From: Naegleria gruberi
Lineage: Eukaryota
Length of the DNA: 64,000 nt
NCBI GenBank assembly: GCA_000004985.1
Contig: GG738930.1
Strand: one strand, 5' to 3'
The notes beneath the pieces are model-generated. The model worked only from the letters and a program-made list of their open reading frames with translations. It was not told the origin of the DNA and searched no databases. A program made the position numbers and the translations under genes. This document shows positions 1 through 12,489 of the stretch, one piece after another (position 1 is the first letter of the stretch; every line of letters starts with the position of its first letter).

Positions 1-477
1 TTTTCCCAACAAAATATCACTATTTGAATCAACTATTGCCGTATTAGCTCCTCCTACTACTGTATGCATCAAATTATTATTACTATTATTGTCAAGACTT
101 GGATTAATTGCAGCAAAATTAAATAATTCTAAAAAGGTGCTTGGCATCATGCCTCCTCCTCCCTGCATCATCATCATCATGTTATGTAATTGAATATCCA
201 TCTCTGAATTACTATTTTGTGTCGAAGACGAACCAACACCATGATTAAAGGCTATTGCTGGTCCCGATTCGGCTTGAAAATATGAAGAAGGAGCAGTTGA
301 ATTCATTGCCGAAGAAGAAGAAGACAGAGGCGAACCAAACGGAAACAATGAAAATCCATGTTGTTGTTCTTGCTGTTGTTGTTGATTATTCTGCTGCTGA
401 TGCTGCTGATACATGAAACTATTAAAATTATTATTAAAATTATTTGCTGAATTCGGAGAGTTGAAATCTTGGTTCAT
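1..477 (-). CDS. Gln/Asn-rich low-complexity protein, 5' part (partial; continues past window start)
   Basis: ATG at 477-475 on the minus strand opens a frame reading MNQDFNSPNSANNFNNNFNSFMYQQHQQQNNQQQQQEQQHGFSLFPFGSPLSSSS... with no stop down to position 1. It is absent from the ORF track because it runs off the edge. The composition matches other Q/N-rich genes in this window. Confidence 0.4.
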   Translation of the reverse strand, partial: MNQDFNSPNSANNFNNNFNSFMYQQHQQQNNQQQQQEQQHGFSLFPFGSPLSSSSSAMNSTAPSSYFQAESGPAIAFNHGVGSSSTQNSNSEMDIQLHNMMMMMQGGGGMMPSTFLELFNFAAINPSLDNNSNNNLMHTVVGGANTAIVDSNSDILLGK

Positions 478-700
478 TTTTTTATTTTTGAATTTTGTTT
501 CTATTTTGGCGGTAACCGAAAATTTTGATTCGAATTTGAGGATCTGGTTGGCTTTGGAGCTCCGTGTATGAGTTTCTTTCATTCTCATGAGTTGAAATTA
601 ACAGAGTGGGTGGTGGATGGTATTTACAAGGTTGGGCTGAGTTGCTATTGTTACAATTAAAGTGCTCTTGTTGATTTTCATCAATTCCTTAGAGGGATTC

Positions 701-1002
701 TTAGACAACAACTTCGTGATGGTGATCGTCATCCATTGACGAAGATGCAGAACTAGTTCCATTCTGAGAAGGAGATAATTCTGATTCAATCTTTTCAGTT
801 TGGTTGGTTGGCAATTGCAGTAAGAGCTTGTTAGATTCCATTGGACTAGTTTCAGTTGTTGGAGTGATGGTCGATGGAGATTCAATGTGAGAGCTGCCGG
901 CAACGTGGAGCATCAGTTCCTTCTCAACCATAGAGACACCACCGGTATGACCTGTGGAACGTTGTGAAATAGAGCCATTATTGAAACCGTGTGATTTTTG
1001 AG
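701..1002 (-). CDS. possible 3'-terminal coding segment (S/T/P-rich) emerging from the assembly gap, perhaps the C-terminus of the UBL-domain gene
   Basis: Minus-strand frame ...SPSTITPTTETSPMESNKLLLQLPTNQTEKIESELSPSQNGTSSASSSMDDDHHHEVVV stops at 701. The composition resembles the upstream UBL gene. The link across the gap is unverifiable. Confidence 0.25.
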
Positions 1003-4000
1003 NNNNNNNNNNNNNNNNNNNNNNNNNNNNNNNNNNNNNNNNNNNNNNNNNNNNNNNNNNNNNNNNNNNNNNNNNNNNNNNNNNNNNNNNNNNNNNNNNN
1101 NNNNNNNNNNNNNNNNNNNNNNNNNNNNNNNNNNNNNNNNNNNNNNNNNNNNNNNNNNNNNNNNNNNNNNNNNNNNNNNNNNNNNNNNNNNNNNNNNNNN
1201 NNNNNNNNNNNNNNNNNNNNNNNNNNNNNNNNNNNNNNNNNNNNNNNNNNNNNNNNNNNNNNNNNNNNNNNNNNNNNNNNNNNNNNNNNNNNNNNNNNNN
1301 NNNNNNNNNNNNNNNNNNNNNNNNNNNNNNNNNNNNNNNNNNNNNNNNNNNNNNNNNNNNNNNNNNNNNNNNNNNNNNNNNNNNNNNNNNNNNNNNNNNN
1401 NNNNNNNNNNNNNNNNNNNNNNNNNNNNNNNNNNNNNNNNNNNNNNNNNNNNNNNNNNNNNNNNNNNNNNNNNNNNNNNNNNNNNNNNNNNNNNNNNNNN
1501 NNNNNNNNNNNNNNNNNNNNNNNNNNNNNNNNNNNNNNNNNNNNNNNNNNNNNNNNNNNNNNNNNNNNNNNNNNNNNNNNNNNNNNNNNNNNNNNNNNNN
1601 NNNNNNNNNNNNNNNNNNNNNNNNNNNNNNNNNNNNNNNNNNNNNNNNNNNNNNNNNNNNNNNNNNNNNNNNNNNNNNNNNNNNNNNNNNNNNNNNNNNN
1701 NNNNNNNNNNNNNNNNNNNNNNNNNNNNNNNNNNNNNNNNNNNNNNNNNNNNNNNNNNNNNNNNNNNNNNNNNNNNNNNNNNNNNNNNNNNNNNNNNNNN
1801 NNNNNNNNNNNNNNNNNNNNNNNNNNNNNNNNNNNNNNNNNNNNNNNNNNNNNNNNNNNNNNNNNNNNNNNNNNNNNNNNNNNNNNNNNNNNNNNNNNNN
1901 NNNNNNNNNNNNNNNNNNNNNNNNNNNNNNNNNNNNNNNNNNNNNNNNNNNNNNNNNNNNNNNNNNNNNNNNNNNNNNNNNNNNNNNNNNNNNNNNNNNN
2001 NNNNNNNNNNNNNNNNNNNNNNNNNNNNNNNNNNNNNNNNNNNNNNNNNNNNNNNNNNNNNNNNNNNNNNNNNNNNNNNNNNNNNNNNNNNNNNNNNNNN
2101 NNNNNNNNNNNNNNNNNNNNNNNNNNNNNNNNNNNNNNNNNNNNNNNNNNNNNNNNNNNNNNNNNNNNNNNNNNNNNNNNNNNNNNNNNNNNNNNNNNNN
2201 NNNNNNNNNNNNNNNNNNNNNNNNNNNNNNNNNNNNNNNNNNNNNNNNNNNNNNNNNNNNNNNNNNNNNNNNNNNNNNNNNNNNNNNNNNNNNNNNNNNN
2301 NNNNNNNNNNNNNNNNNNNNNNNNNNNNNNNNNNNNNNNNNNNNNNNNNNNNNNNNNNNNNNNNNNNNNNNNNNNNNNNNNNNNNNNNNNNNNNNNNNNN
2401 NNNNNNNNNNNNNNNNNNNNNNNNNNNNNNNNNNNNNNNNNNNNNNNNNNNNNNNNNNNNNNNNNNNNNNNNNNNNNNNNNNNNNNNNNNNNNNNNNNNN
2501 NNNNNNNNNNNNNNNNNNNNNNNNNNNNNNNNNNNNNNNNNNNNNNNNNNNNNNNNNNNNNNNNNNNNNNNNNNNNNNNNNNNNNNNNNNNNNNNNNNNN
2601 NNNNNNNNNNNNNNNNNNNNNNNNNNNNNNNNNNNNNNNNNNNNNNNNNNNNNNNNNNNNNNNNNNNNNNNNNNNNNNNNNNNNNNNNNNNNNNNNNNNN
2701 NNNNNNNNNNNNNNNNNNNNNNNNNNNNNNNNNNNNNNNNNNNNNNNNNNNNNNNNNNNNNNNNNNNNNNNNNNNNNNNNNNNNNNNNNNNNNNNNNNNN
2801 NNNNNNNNNNNNNNNNNNNNNNNNNNNNNNNNNNNNNNNNNNNNNNNNNNNNNNNNNNNNNNNNNNNNNNNNNNNNNNNNNNNNNNNNNNNNNNNNNNNN
2901 NNNNNNNNNNNNNNNNNNNNNNNNNNNNNNNNNNNNNNNNNNNNNNNNNNNNNNNNNNNNNNNNNNNNNNNNNNNNNNNNNNNNNNNNNNNNNNNNNNNN
3001 NNNNNNNNNNNNNNNNNNNNNNNNNNNNNNNNNNNNNNNNNNNNNNNNNNNNNNNNNNNNNNNNNNNNNNNNNNNNNNNNNNNNNNNNNNNNNNNNNNNN
3101 NNNNNNNNNNNNNNNNNNNNNNNNNNNNNNNNNNNNNNNNNNNNNNNNNNNNNNNNNNNNNNNNNNNNNNNNNNNNNNNNNNNNNNNNNNNNNNNNNNNN
3201 NNNNNNNNNNNNNNNNNNNNNNNNNNNNNNNNNNNNNNNNNNNNNNNNNNNNNNNNNNNNNNNNNNNNNNNNNNNNNNNNNNNNNNNNNNNNNNNNNNNN
3301 NNNNNNNNNNNNNNNNNNNNNNNNNNNNNNNNNNNNNNNNNNNNNNNNNNNNNNNNNNNNNNNNNNNNNNNNNNNNNNNNNNNNNNNNNNNNNNNNNNNN
3401 NNNNNNNNNNNNNNNNNNNNNNNNNNNNNNNNNNNNNNNNNNNNNNNNNNNNNNNNNNNNNNNNNNNNNNNNNNNNNNNNNNNNNNNNNNNNNNNNNNNN
3501 NNNNNNNNNNNNNNNNNNNNNNNNNNNNNNNNNNNNNNNNNNNNNNNNNNNNNNNNNNNNNNNNNNNNNNNNNNNNNNNNNNNNNNNNNNNNNNNNNNNN
3601 NNNNNNNNNNNNNNNNNNNNNNNNNNNNNNNNNNNNNNNNNNNNNNNNNNNNNNNNNNNNNNNNNNNNNNNNNNNNNNNNNNNNNNNNNNNNNNNNNNNN
3701 NNNNNNNNNNNNNNNNNNNNNNNNNNNNNNNNNNNNNNNNNNNNNNNNNNNNNNNNNNNNNNNNNNNNNNNNNNNNNNNNNNNNNNNNNNNNNNNNNNNN
3801 NNNNNNNNNNNNNNNNNNNNNNNNNNNNNNNNNNNNNNNNNNNNNNNNNNNNNNNNNNNNNNNNNNNNNNNNNNNNNNNNNNNNNNNNNNNNNNNNNNNN
3901 NNNNNNNNNNNNNNNNNNNNNNNNNNNNNNNNNNNNNNNNNNNNNNNNNNNNNNNNNNNNNNNNNNNNNNNNNNNNNNNNNNNNNNNNNNNNNNNNNNNN

Positions 4001-5236
4001 NNNNNNNNNNNNNNNNNNNNNNNNNNNNNNNNNNNNNNNNNNNNNNNNNNNNNNNNNNNNNNNNNNNNNNNNNNNNNNNNNNNNNNNNNNNNNNNNNNNN
4101 NNNNNNNNNNNNNNNNNNNNNNNNNNNNNNNNNNNNNNNNNNNNNNNNNNNNNNNNNNNNNNNNNNNNNNNNNNNNNNNNNNNNNNNNNNNNNNNNNNNN
4201 NNNNNNNNNNNNNNNNNNNNNNNNNNNNNNNNNNNNNNNNNNNNNNNNNNNNNNNNNNNNNNNNNNNNNNNNNNNNNNNNNNNNNNNNNNNNNNNNNNNN
4301 NNNNNNNNNNNNNNNNNNNNNNNNNNNNNNNNNNNNNNNNNNNNNNNNNNNNNNNNNNNNNNNNNNNNNNNNNNNNNNNNNNNNNNNNNNNNNNNNNNNN
4401 NNNNNNNNNNNNNNNNNNNNNNNNNNNNNNNNNNNNNNNNNNNNNNNNNNNNNNNNNNNNNNNNNNNNNNNNNNNNNNNNNNNNNNNNNNNNNNNNNNNN
4501 NNNNNNNNNNNNNNNNNNNNNNNNNNNNNNNNNNNNNNNNNNNNNNNNNNNNNNNNNNNNNNNNNNNNNNNNNNNNNNNNNNNNNNNNNNNNNNNNNNNN
4601 NNNNNNNNNNNNNNNNNNNNNNNNNNNNNNNNNNNNNNNNNNNNNNNNNNNNNNNNNNNNNNNNNNNNNNNNNNNNNNNNNNNNNNNNNNNNNNNNNNNN
4701 NNNNNNNNNNNNNNNNNNNNNNNNNNNNNNNNNNNNNNNNNNNNNNNNNNNNNNNNNNNNNNNNNNNNNNNNNNNNNNNNNNNNNNNNNNNNNNNNNNNN
4801 NNNNNNNNNNNNNNNNNNNNNNNNNNNNNNNNNNNNNNNNNNNNNNNNNNNNNNNNNNNNNNNNNNNNNNNNNNNNNNNNNNNNNNNNNNNNNNNNNNNN
4901 NNNNNNNNNNNNNNNNNNNNNNNNNNNNNNNNNNNNNNNNNNNNNNNNNNNNNNNNNNNNNNNNNNNNNNNNNNNNNNNNNNNNNNNNNNNNNNNNNNNN
5001 NNNNNNNNNNNNNNNNNNNNNNNNNNNNNNNNNNNNNNNNNNNNNNNNNNNNNNNNNNNNNNNNNNNNNNNNNNNNNNNNNNNNNNNNNNNNNNNNNNNN
5101 NNNNNNNNNNNNNNNNNNNNNNNNNNNNNNNNNNNNNNNNNNNNNNNNNNNNNNNNNNNNNNNNNNNNNNNNNNNNNNNNNNNNNNNNNNNNNNNNNNNN
5201 NNNNNNNNNNNNNNNNNNNNNNNNNNNNNNNNNNNN
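1003..5236. other. assembly gap, 4234 N
   Basis: Run of n; it interrupts the large minus-strand UBL-domain gene. Confidence 0.99.
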
Positions 5237-7523
5237 GATGTTGTGGTTGGGGACTTGGCCTTTTCTACTTCTGGTTTTGGTTGTTCAACGACAGGGGTTG
5301 GCTTGCTTGATTCAGCAACTGGGCTTTTCAACAATATCATCAAAAGAAACAGAATCCAACAGATCCATACTATCCTTAGACATGAGTTCTTCCAACATCT
5401 TATCAGAATCAGATGAAGCTTGAGGCTTTGGTTCTTCCTTCTTGGTTTCTTGTTGTTTAGAAGCTTCTGGTTTAACTTCCTTCTTAGTGAGAAGAGGCTT
5501 TGGCATGAATGTTAATGGTCTATTAGGATACAAGGTCTTGTATTGTTGATGTCTTTGTGTAGCAAAAGAAGCAATAACAGAACTTCCTTGAGTTCTATAG
5601 AACATTTGTACATTGGATGGAAGGCTATTGAACATGGAATCCAAAAGGAGAGGTAACAATACAGATGATGAGCCACTAGTACAATGAGTTTCGAATAATT
5701 CTACAACTTCACCAAGAGCAAGAGTGGTGAATCTATTAAGAGCTGAAGCAAATGGAGATGGCACAGTTCCATCAATTGTGCCATTACTGATAGAGTGATA
5801 TTGGCTTGGTTCTTCAATGATTAGCTTGAAGAATAAGGTAACATAATTTCTGACAAGTTGAGTGAGCAAATCAATAACATCAGATTCACCAGCTCTGGAA
5901 GCAATTTCGAGTTGCAAGTCATGATTCTTATCCATGTAAGTTTCAAAATCGGTCATGATTTCTTCAACCTTTTCTTGAATATTTTCAGAAGAGGTATCAC
6001 CCTTCAAAACTTCTGAAATAACAAAATCTCTCATTCTTCCCTTTGTAGATTCCAAAGGAGCCCAATTTCCAGAAATAATTCCTAAAAGATCTGTAATTTG
6101 CAATCCATCAGTAGCAACAGAAATTAATCTATCAAAAATTGATCTTTCAGACTCGTTTGATTCAGTCAAGTTAACTCCCAAAGATGTCATTGCTCTCTCC
6201 ATAAAACTATTCAATGAAAATTGTTGAGCACTTGGTTGAGTGGTTGTTGGTGCTGTTGAAGTTTGTTGTTGAGTAGTGGTAGCAGAACTAGTTTGACTAG
6301 GTTGAGATGGTGTTTGTTGGGATGGTTGTTGTGCTGTTCTGTTAACAGTGGTGGAGGATGTTGTAATGAGAATAGGTTGTGGTTGTTCAATGGTTTGAGG
6401 TCTTGGTCCTAATGGTGAATTGTGAATAATATTGTGCAATCTATCCAATTGATTTGGTAATTGATCCAATTCATTGGCATTAACATGCAAATTCAAGTTA
6501 ACACCTGTAATACTTGGTTCGGAATGAGTAGTAGTACCTTGATTTCCACTATTTGATGTTGCAGTGGTATTACGTGTATTTACGATGACACCCAAATCTC
6601 TGTGTAATTGTTGGAGTGTTGGCAATACTTCATTTCTGGCAAGATTAGCAGCAAGACGATTTGGTGTAGATTCACTCAAACTATTAACAACAGTCTCCAA
6701 TGATCTGACAATATTTTGTCTTTGTTGTTCATTGTTGAGAAGGTTAATAATTGAACGTGCTCCATTAATGAGAGATCTTGTTTGATTATTATTATTGTTG
6801 GTATTATTATTTGCTTGTTGTTGTTGTTGTTGTTGCTGTCTTTGTGCTGTTGGTGGATTGTGAGAGTGTGAATGAGGGTGTGAATGTCCATGATTGTTAT
6901 TATTATTGGCATTAGCTCCTGGTTGTAAAATTCCACCTAAAACACTGTTCAAGATTGAAGAAATATCAATACCACCTCTTTGATTGTTATTGCTATTTGG
7001 TGATTGTGAGTCTACAATACCAGTGATTACCATTCCAGGACCCAAAGCACGGAAGGTTTGAGCATGTGGATGAGCTCCAGCATTTGTTGATGATGTTGTT
7101 CCAGTAGCTCCAGTGGTGTTTGTTGTAGTGGCAGAAGATGATGATGAAGAACCACTACTGGCTTGAGCCTCTGGAGGTGGCATATTTACAAGATGAATAA
7201 CATGGTCATTAGATATTTCTAATTTTCAATAATATAATTGTTAGACTCTCGGAATAATGATTTAAATATCCTACATACTGTAATCAGAGAGTTTTGTACC
7301 GTTTTTCAAAACCTTTCCTTGATAGATGAGCCTTTGAAGATGAGGAGCAGTGTTACTCTTCTCAGCAAGTAATTTTCTAAATTCTTCAACGTCAATCTAT
7401 TATATTGTTAATAAATCAATGAATAAATACTTCCTTTGACTTTCAAATACTTACTTCCGGATCCACTTGTAATTCAATTTGTTGGCCATTCATAGCCTTT
7501 ACCTTCACGTTGATTGTTGTCAT
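5237..7523 (-). CDS. large ubiquitin-like (UBL) domain protein, Q/N/S/T/P-rich (BAG6/Scythe-like or ubiquilin-like), at least 3 exons, 3' end lost in gap
   Basis: Exon 1 is 7523..7455 (MTTINVKVKAMNGQQIELQVDPE), with donor GTAAGT. Exon 2 is 7396..7279 (IDVEEFRKLLAEKSNTAPHLQRLIYQGKVLKNGTKLSDY, phase 1), with donor GTATGT. Exon 3 is 7218..5312 and is in frame with the 623-aa ORF (KISNDHVIHLVNMPPPEAQ...). An N-terminal ubiquitin fold (RLIYQGK) is seen directly. In-frame TGA at 5314-5312, but a second frame continues with similar K/E/P-rich composition into the gap, implying a frameshift or missed feature. The BAG6 family assignment is tentative. Confidence 0.6.
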
Positions 7524-7619
7524 TTTTTTGTTTAATAAAAATACATTTCCGATCTTGAGAAAGATTCCGATTATCAAGATTTCGTCATCACACAACTTTC
7601 ACAACTTATTAACACGTTT

Positions 7620-7991
7620 TTATTTTTGATCATTAGGAACGAGGGAGAGTGTTACATCATTATGTGTACTTGTATCTTGTTTTGAATTGGCAACGAAAAG
7701 AGCTGCTCTCATTGCATTCTTCATCTTCTTTTTAAGCTTTCTTGCTTCATCGATAAAGTAAGGGTGTCTGTAGAGATCTAGTAATTGAGATTTGTGAACA
7801 AGATCAACAATATCCTCATTTTCTAATGATTCAAGTTTTCCAATATTGATCAAGTTGGCCACGTCATGTTTAAAATTGCTAATCACTGATTGTGTTTGTG
7901 ATTTTTCACTCTCTGTTTCTTCTCGAGAAACCGGTACAGTTTGGTTTTTCTTGACCTTGACATAGTTATTGTCCACTTTCATTTTCCTCAA
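7620..7991 (-). CDS. small ORF (123 aa); possibly the C-terminal tail of the CSC1-like gene across the 50-N gap, or a separate gene
   Basis: ORF ...HKSQLLDLYRHPYFIDEARKLKKKMK... lies directly downstream (minus sense) of the truncated channel ORF and is separated only by gap 8002-8051. Frame continuity cannot be tested. Confidence 0.25.
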   Translation of the reverse strand: MRKMKVDNNYVKVKKNQTVPVSREETESEKSQTQSVISNFKHDVANLINIGKLESLENEDIVDLVHKSQLLDLYRHPYFIDEARKLKKKMKNAMRAALFVANSKQDTSTHNDVTLSLVPNDQK

Positions 7992-8001
7992 TTTGTTTAA
8001 T

Positions 8002-8051
8002 NNNNNNNNNNNNNNNNNNNNNNNNNNNNNNNNNNNNNNNNNNNNNNNNNN
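8002..8051. other. assembly gap, 50 N
   Basis: Run of n. Confidence 0.99.
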
Positions 8052-10953
8052 AACATTATTAAGTGTCTTTCTAGTATGTAAGAAAATACGAAAAACACTA
8101 ATCCTGCCAAGTACACAAAGGGAGCAACTGAACCATAAAAGGCTATCAGGATGAGTAGGGCAGATTTAAAACCATAATTCACCTCATAATCAAAAGGCAT
8201 TCTTGCCATTTTCTTATTGATAGAAAGAGTGATGACTGTTGAAACTAATTGAATGGAATACTCAATGGTTTTTGCAATGAATGAAAAAATAAATAGAATA
8301 TTGATAATGTCCAATCCGAAAAATTCAAAATAGACAACCAAATTGTTGAATTGAGGATAGTGAGACACATAGTTACTGAATGCCATAATGGTATTGAGGA
8401 AGAAATATTTGGTAAAATATGGAAAGACAAGTGTAGCAGAAAGCATAAAGAAGAACATCTTTTCAGAGACGTACAATGAGTAATGAGTCTTGGAAAAGTA
8501 ACCTACAGCATTTGCTCCTAACACCACTACAAGTTTTAGCAATTCCATGAACAATCCAGGTACCTCCATTAACAAATCCACCAAGATTCTAAACAGATCA
8601 ACCATTCCAGCAACTTGCAAACTCTCAGCAAAATCAATAACAAATGTTAAAAATTCCTGTTTAGCCCATTGTGAAACACTTCCCACTCCAAGAATAAAGA
8701 ATACCAAAAGCATAGCACAAAACAGTCCCAAATTAATACCTATCAGCCTTAATTTTCTCTTCTTGTGGCTTACACTAAAGTTCTCAAAAATCACATCGTC
8801 GGGTGGAACAGCTGCTGTTACGACAATTTCTTTGTCTTCATAAAAAGGTATCAAATATTCCATCCATTGAGTTACTTTAGATCTAGAAGCGTTAAAGTTT
8901 CTTAGCACCTCTTTGGCTTCATCCATTGAAAAAAATGTTACAAATCCATATCCAGTCCCATACACATCTGTAGGATCGTTGGTATTAAAAGCTCCAGTAG
9001 TTAAAAATGCGTCATTCTCCATCGATTCATTTACATAGTACTTTTTCTTAATTGTATTAATCTTTTCAGTTATCTGATCCCTTTCCAATATTAATTGATC
9101 TTCTCTTGATGTACATTTTGCAAGACAGCCAGTAGTAGGTGGTTTATCAGGTTTGATATTTTCTAGCTTCTTTTCAACTTTAGCAAGAGCTTTTTCTAAT
9201 TCTGTAAGATGATTAAGATTTACAGCAACATGACATACATAATGTTCTTTCCATTCATCGTCAGTTCTGTATTTTCCAAGAAGGATCTCTTCATTGAATA
9301 GTTCTCCTAACTCCTCCTTAGCTGTTATCTCCTTTGGAATATTCTTTACCATCAAAGTGTAAAGGTGACCAAAATGACGAATTGTTGCCGAGAGTGCCTT
9401 TTCATCTGTGATAACCTTGTCTGTGACAAACACTCTAGATTCATGTTTGAGTGCATAGAGTAGAAATGCTCCCAACAAACAAGCTAAAAAACTGTTGATA
9501 ATTACAAATATCAAGAATACGTGTTCTTGCCTTCCAGATGTTAAGGTGGCTGCTGTATATTTTGAAATATCCATGAATGGAATCCAAGGTGGAGCTTGGG
9601 AGGCAAATATGGAACAAGAAAGATAATAGAGTAGGCTCCACAAATAAATAAATAAACAATAATAAATCTCATAAACCAAAAATAGTAATATGACTCTGAC
9701 CCAACTTCCTTAGCAATATCATTATCATTTGCCAGCACAAAGGCTCTAGCCATGTCATAAAGCCTGGCTAATTTGTGAAAAAACATTGGTTTTTCTGCTG
9801 GCACTGGTGTCTTTTTCATATCGAAATGTCTTGTAAAATTTGTTTCCATATCTTCCTCATACAATCTCGTATTAAAACACAGTACTAGAGTTGTCATTAT
9901 TCCTATTACAACAATTACAGCAATACTTAGGTAAATATGTGCTCCAGAGACGGTGAAAACCCAATAGCCCTCCGCATAAACTATTTGATCTGCCAGAACA
10001 AAAGTACATTGATACTGAGAACCAAAAAGGTCAGGATCAGTTTCTTCCAGAGGGTTATCAGAAGCATAACTGAATTCAGATAAATCTGATCTTGGAACTG
10101 CCAATGAAAACCCCATCCTATAATACTTATTTGAGGTGGCAGCAATAGATAAATCCAGGAATCTAAACCAATTCTGTTCACCAAAGAAAAATTCAGCATT
10201 TTGTGTGTTAAAAACATGAAATAAGTAAGAAAACATGGAAGAAGTATTGCTATATCCTGATAGATAGGATAGGCTAGAGATTTTGTCACTGTAATTATTT
10301 GATTTGATATTATTCCAAAGTGTATTCAGAGTAGCTCCATTATCCGTACTATTGAGAAATGAATCATTCCTAGATTGAATCGGAAATATAGGAGCAAAGA
10401 AATATCCTATCTGATAGGATTTCCTCATCTGGCTCAATTTATAGTTTAGATGGGTTTCATTTATGAATTTAAGATGAGGTTGAAACCATATGGGAAACAC
10501 TAAGTTTCTCACACTACTCGAATAAGTTCTATGTATTTCCAATTTGATATTTGAGCATTGACTAGAGTTTGTAATTATACCTGTATAACAATAGCTGGGC
10601 AGTTTGTACATTGTACTATTCTGGGCTGCATCCTTACCCGTAAATAAATTAGATATTATATTCCCAACTGGTGTTGAGGTTGTATTATATACATTCTTTG
10701 TTGGTATTAACCAATTCACAGAAGAAAAGGACATTGATGATGTTGTATAAGAAGAAAAAGGACTTGAGCACTCCATCTCAGATGAGACACACGTCTGTGA
10801 GAGAGCACACCAAATACCACCTTCATCATCCAAACAACTTTTACATTCCTGATAGTATCCTTCCGTCGATAAACATCCTAATAGTAATAGTACCAATACA
10901 ATAATAAATACATTTTCATATAATACACAATAAGGTTCCTTTCTCAACAACAT
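8052..10953 (-). CDS. CSC1/OSCA/TMEM63-family (DUF221) putative stress-gated cation channel with a long Cys-rich N-terminal ectodomain, 3' end cut by gap
   Basis: The 560-aa ORF (9679..7997) carries TM helices, the cytosolic segment ...RVFVTDKVITDEKALSATIRHFGHLYTLMVKNIPKEI..., then ...GYGFVTFFSMDEAKEVLRNF... and a further multi-TM block, the layout I associate with OSCA/CSC1. The upstream overlapping 537-aa ORF (11154..9541) has a probable start at ATG 10953 (MLLRKEPYCVLYENVFIIVLVLLLLGCLS, signal/anchor). This is followed by a Cys-rich, N-glycosylation-rich region and 2 TM segments. The two ORFs overlap in different frames over 9541-9679, so an intron or frameshift joins them; its position is not resolved. 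Confidence 0.5.
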
Positions 10954-11394
10954 TCCGTATCGTAGTAGGCATGGAGTGAGAGATGGTGTATTATCTTTTT
11001 TTTTAGGTTTGTTACATATTGGATAAGTTGATGGTTGCTGATTGAGCGCCAAAATATTTTGGAACAACAACAATAAGGAACTTGTGGTTTGACTGTTTGA
11101 TGAACTATAGCGACAATTAGATGAGCCCTTATTCTTAATAACAACATCAGGCATGTCTTAGTGAGAGTAGGTAAGGTATCTTTGGAATATTTGCTCTTCA
11201 TTTTACCCATTAATTTAATTTAAATAAATAGTTAATAGTTAATTATGAAGCAAGATTATATATAATAGAATTATATTAAAAAAAAACATAAAAGGTTAAT
11301 CAAAAGAGTCTATAATGATGATTGGATAAGTTTGATCTGAATGAAAGGATAAGACCAACCTACCTGAGGATGAAAATTTCGTCCATTCCAACAA

Positions 11395-12489
11395 TTATTC
11401 CACCAATAATTCTTGAAATATTAACAAATCTTTCAGCTTTTCTCTATTATTTGTAGAACATTCCACTTTGGAAATGTGACTCAAAAATCCATTCAAATTT
11501 TCACCAAATTGTTCATCATAAACTCTTCCCTTTCTATGAAATGTTTTCAAATATTCAAACAGTGCATAAAACTTGTCAAAATGTTCATTATCAAAAGCAT
11601 TTTTGAAATATTTCAAATTACACTTTGTAAAGTGCTCAATACATCTCTCAAATATATTCAACTTGTTTAGATTCTCATAAAATATAATAGCATTTCTATA
11701 TATTGATAAATCTGTTGGTAAAAACTCCCAATAACCAAATAATGCTCTTTCTACAAATTTTGGTTTTCTGTTGGTGTGAAAAAAGATATTCTCCCTAGTT
11801 GACATCCATTTGTGATTAATATTCAATACAGTGGCCATTTCATTATAGTCAAATAGTAAATCCAAAGTTGATTCAATTGATGTTGGTCTATTAATTTGCA
11901 CATAGCAACAAGCATTGTGTTCAATCTGTGGTAAGATATTGTAATGAATATCATATTTCCATTGAGCTGAAAATTTAATACCACTATATCTGTATAATGT
12001 GAGAATGGACTTTCGAATAATGTTCAATGTTTCTTTCCAATTATTGAACTTTCCTGTTTTCTTCATGCATTTTATCAAATTCATGTGATAGCTGTTCATT
12101 ATATTAGCTCTATGAATGTGAAATTGACGAATCATTTGTCTTCTCTTATTCAAATCTAATGAAGAACTAAAACAATGATCCATCAAATATGACTTGACAC
12201 TTCCCAACAGAATATTCAAACTCTCCTTTGGGTAATGCAATGAAATATGTGGTAAAATGACCTCTCCTTTCCCACGATGATTGTTTCTTCTTCTTCTTCT
12301 TCCTGTAATGGGAGGTTCATTCGCAACAATTTCCTCTATTTGATTAATAAATCGTAGCATGATGAGTTCTGGTTGAATGAGTTTAAAAAGTGTGGTGAAA
12401 TTGTCTTGAAGAAACCAATTAAATAAAGTTGGAAAGGAAAGGTACGAGAAAATTTCACTGATCAATTCCGAGGGCAGATAATTATTCAT
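11395..12489 (-). CDS. F-box-like domain protein (hypothetical)
   Basis: Real ATG at 12489. The N-terminus MNNYLPSELISEIFSYLSFPTLFNWF matches an F-box. Single 364-aa ORF. Confidence 0.6.
   Translation of the reverse strand: MNNYLPSELISEIFSYLSFPTLFNWFLQDNFTTLFKLIQPELIMLRFINQIEEIVANEPPITGRRRRRNNHRGKGEVILPHISLHYPKESLNILLGSVKSYLMDHCFSSSLDLNKRRQMIRQFHIHRANIMNSYHMNLIKCMKKTGKFNNWKETLNIIRKSILTLYRYSGIKFSAQWKYDIHYNILPQIEHNACCYVQINRPTSIESTLDLLFDYNEMATVLNINHKWMSTRENIFFHTNRKPKFVERALFGYWEFLPTDLSIYRNAIIFYENLNKLNIFERCIEHFTKCNLKYFKNAFDNEHFDKFYALFEYLKTFHRKGRVYDEQFGENLNGFLSHISKVECSTNNREKLKDLLIFQELLVE

Noticed and set aside
913-5416. Three huge ORFs (1439-1476 aa) on both strands spanning the N run
   Set aside because: They are almost entirely X from the 4234-N gap. 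Only the short flanking parts are real sequence.
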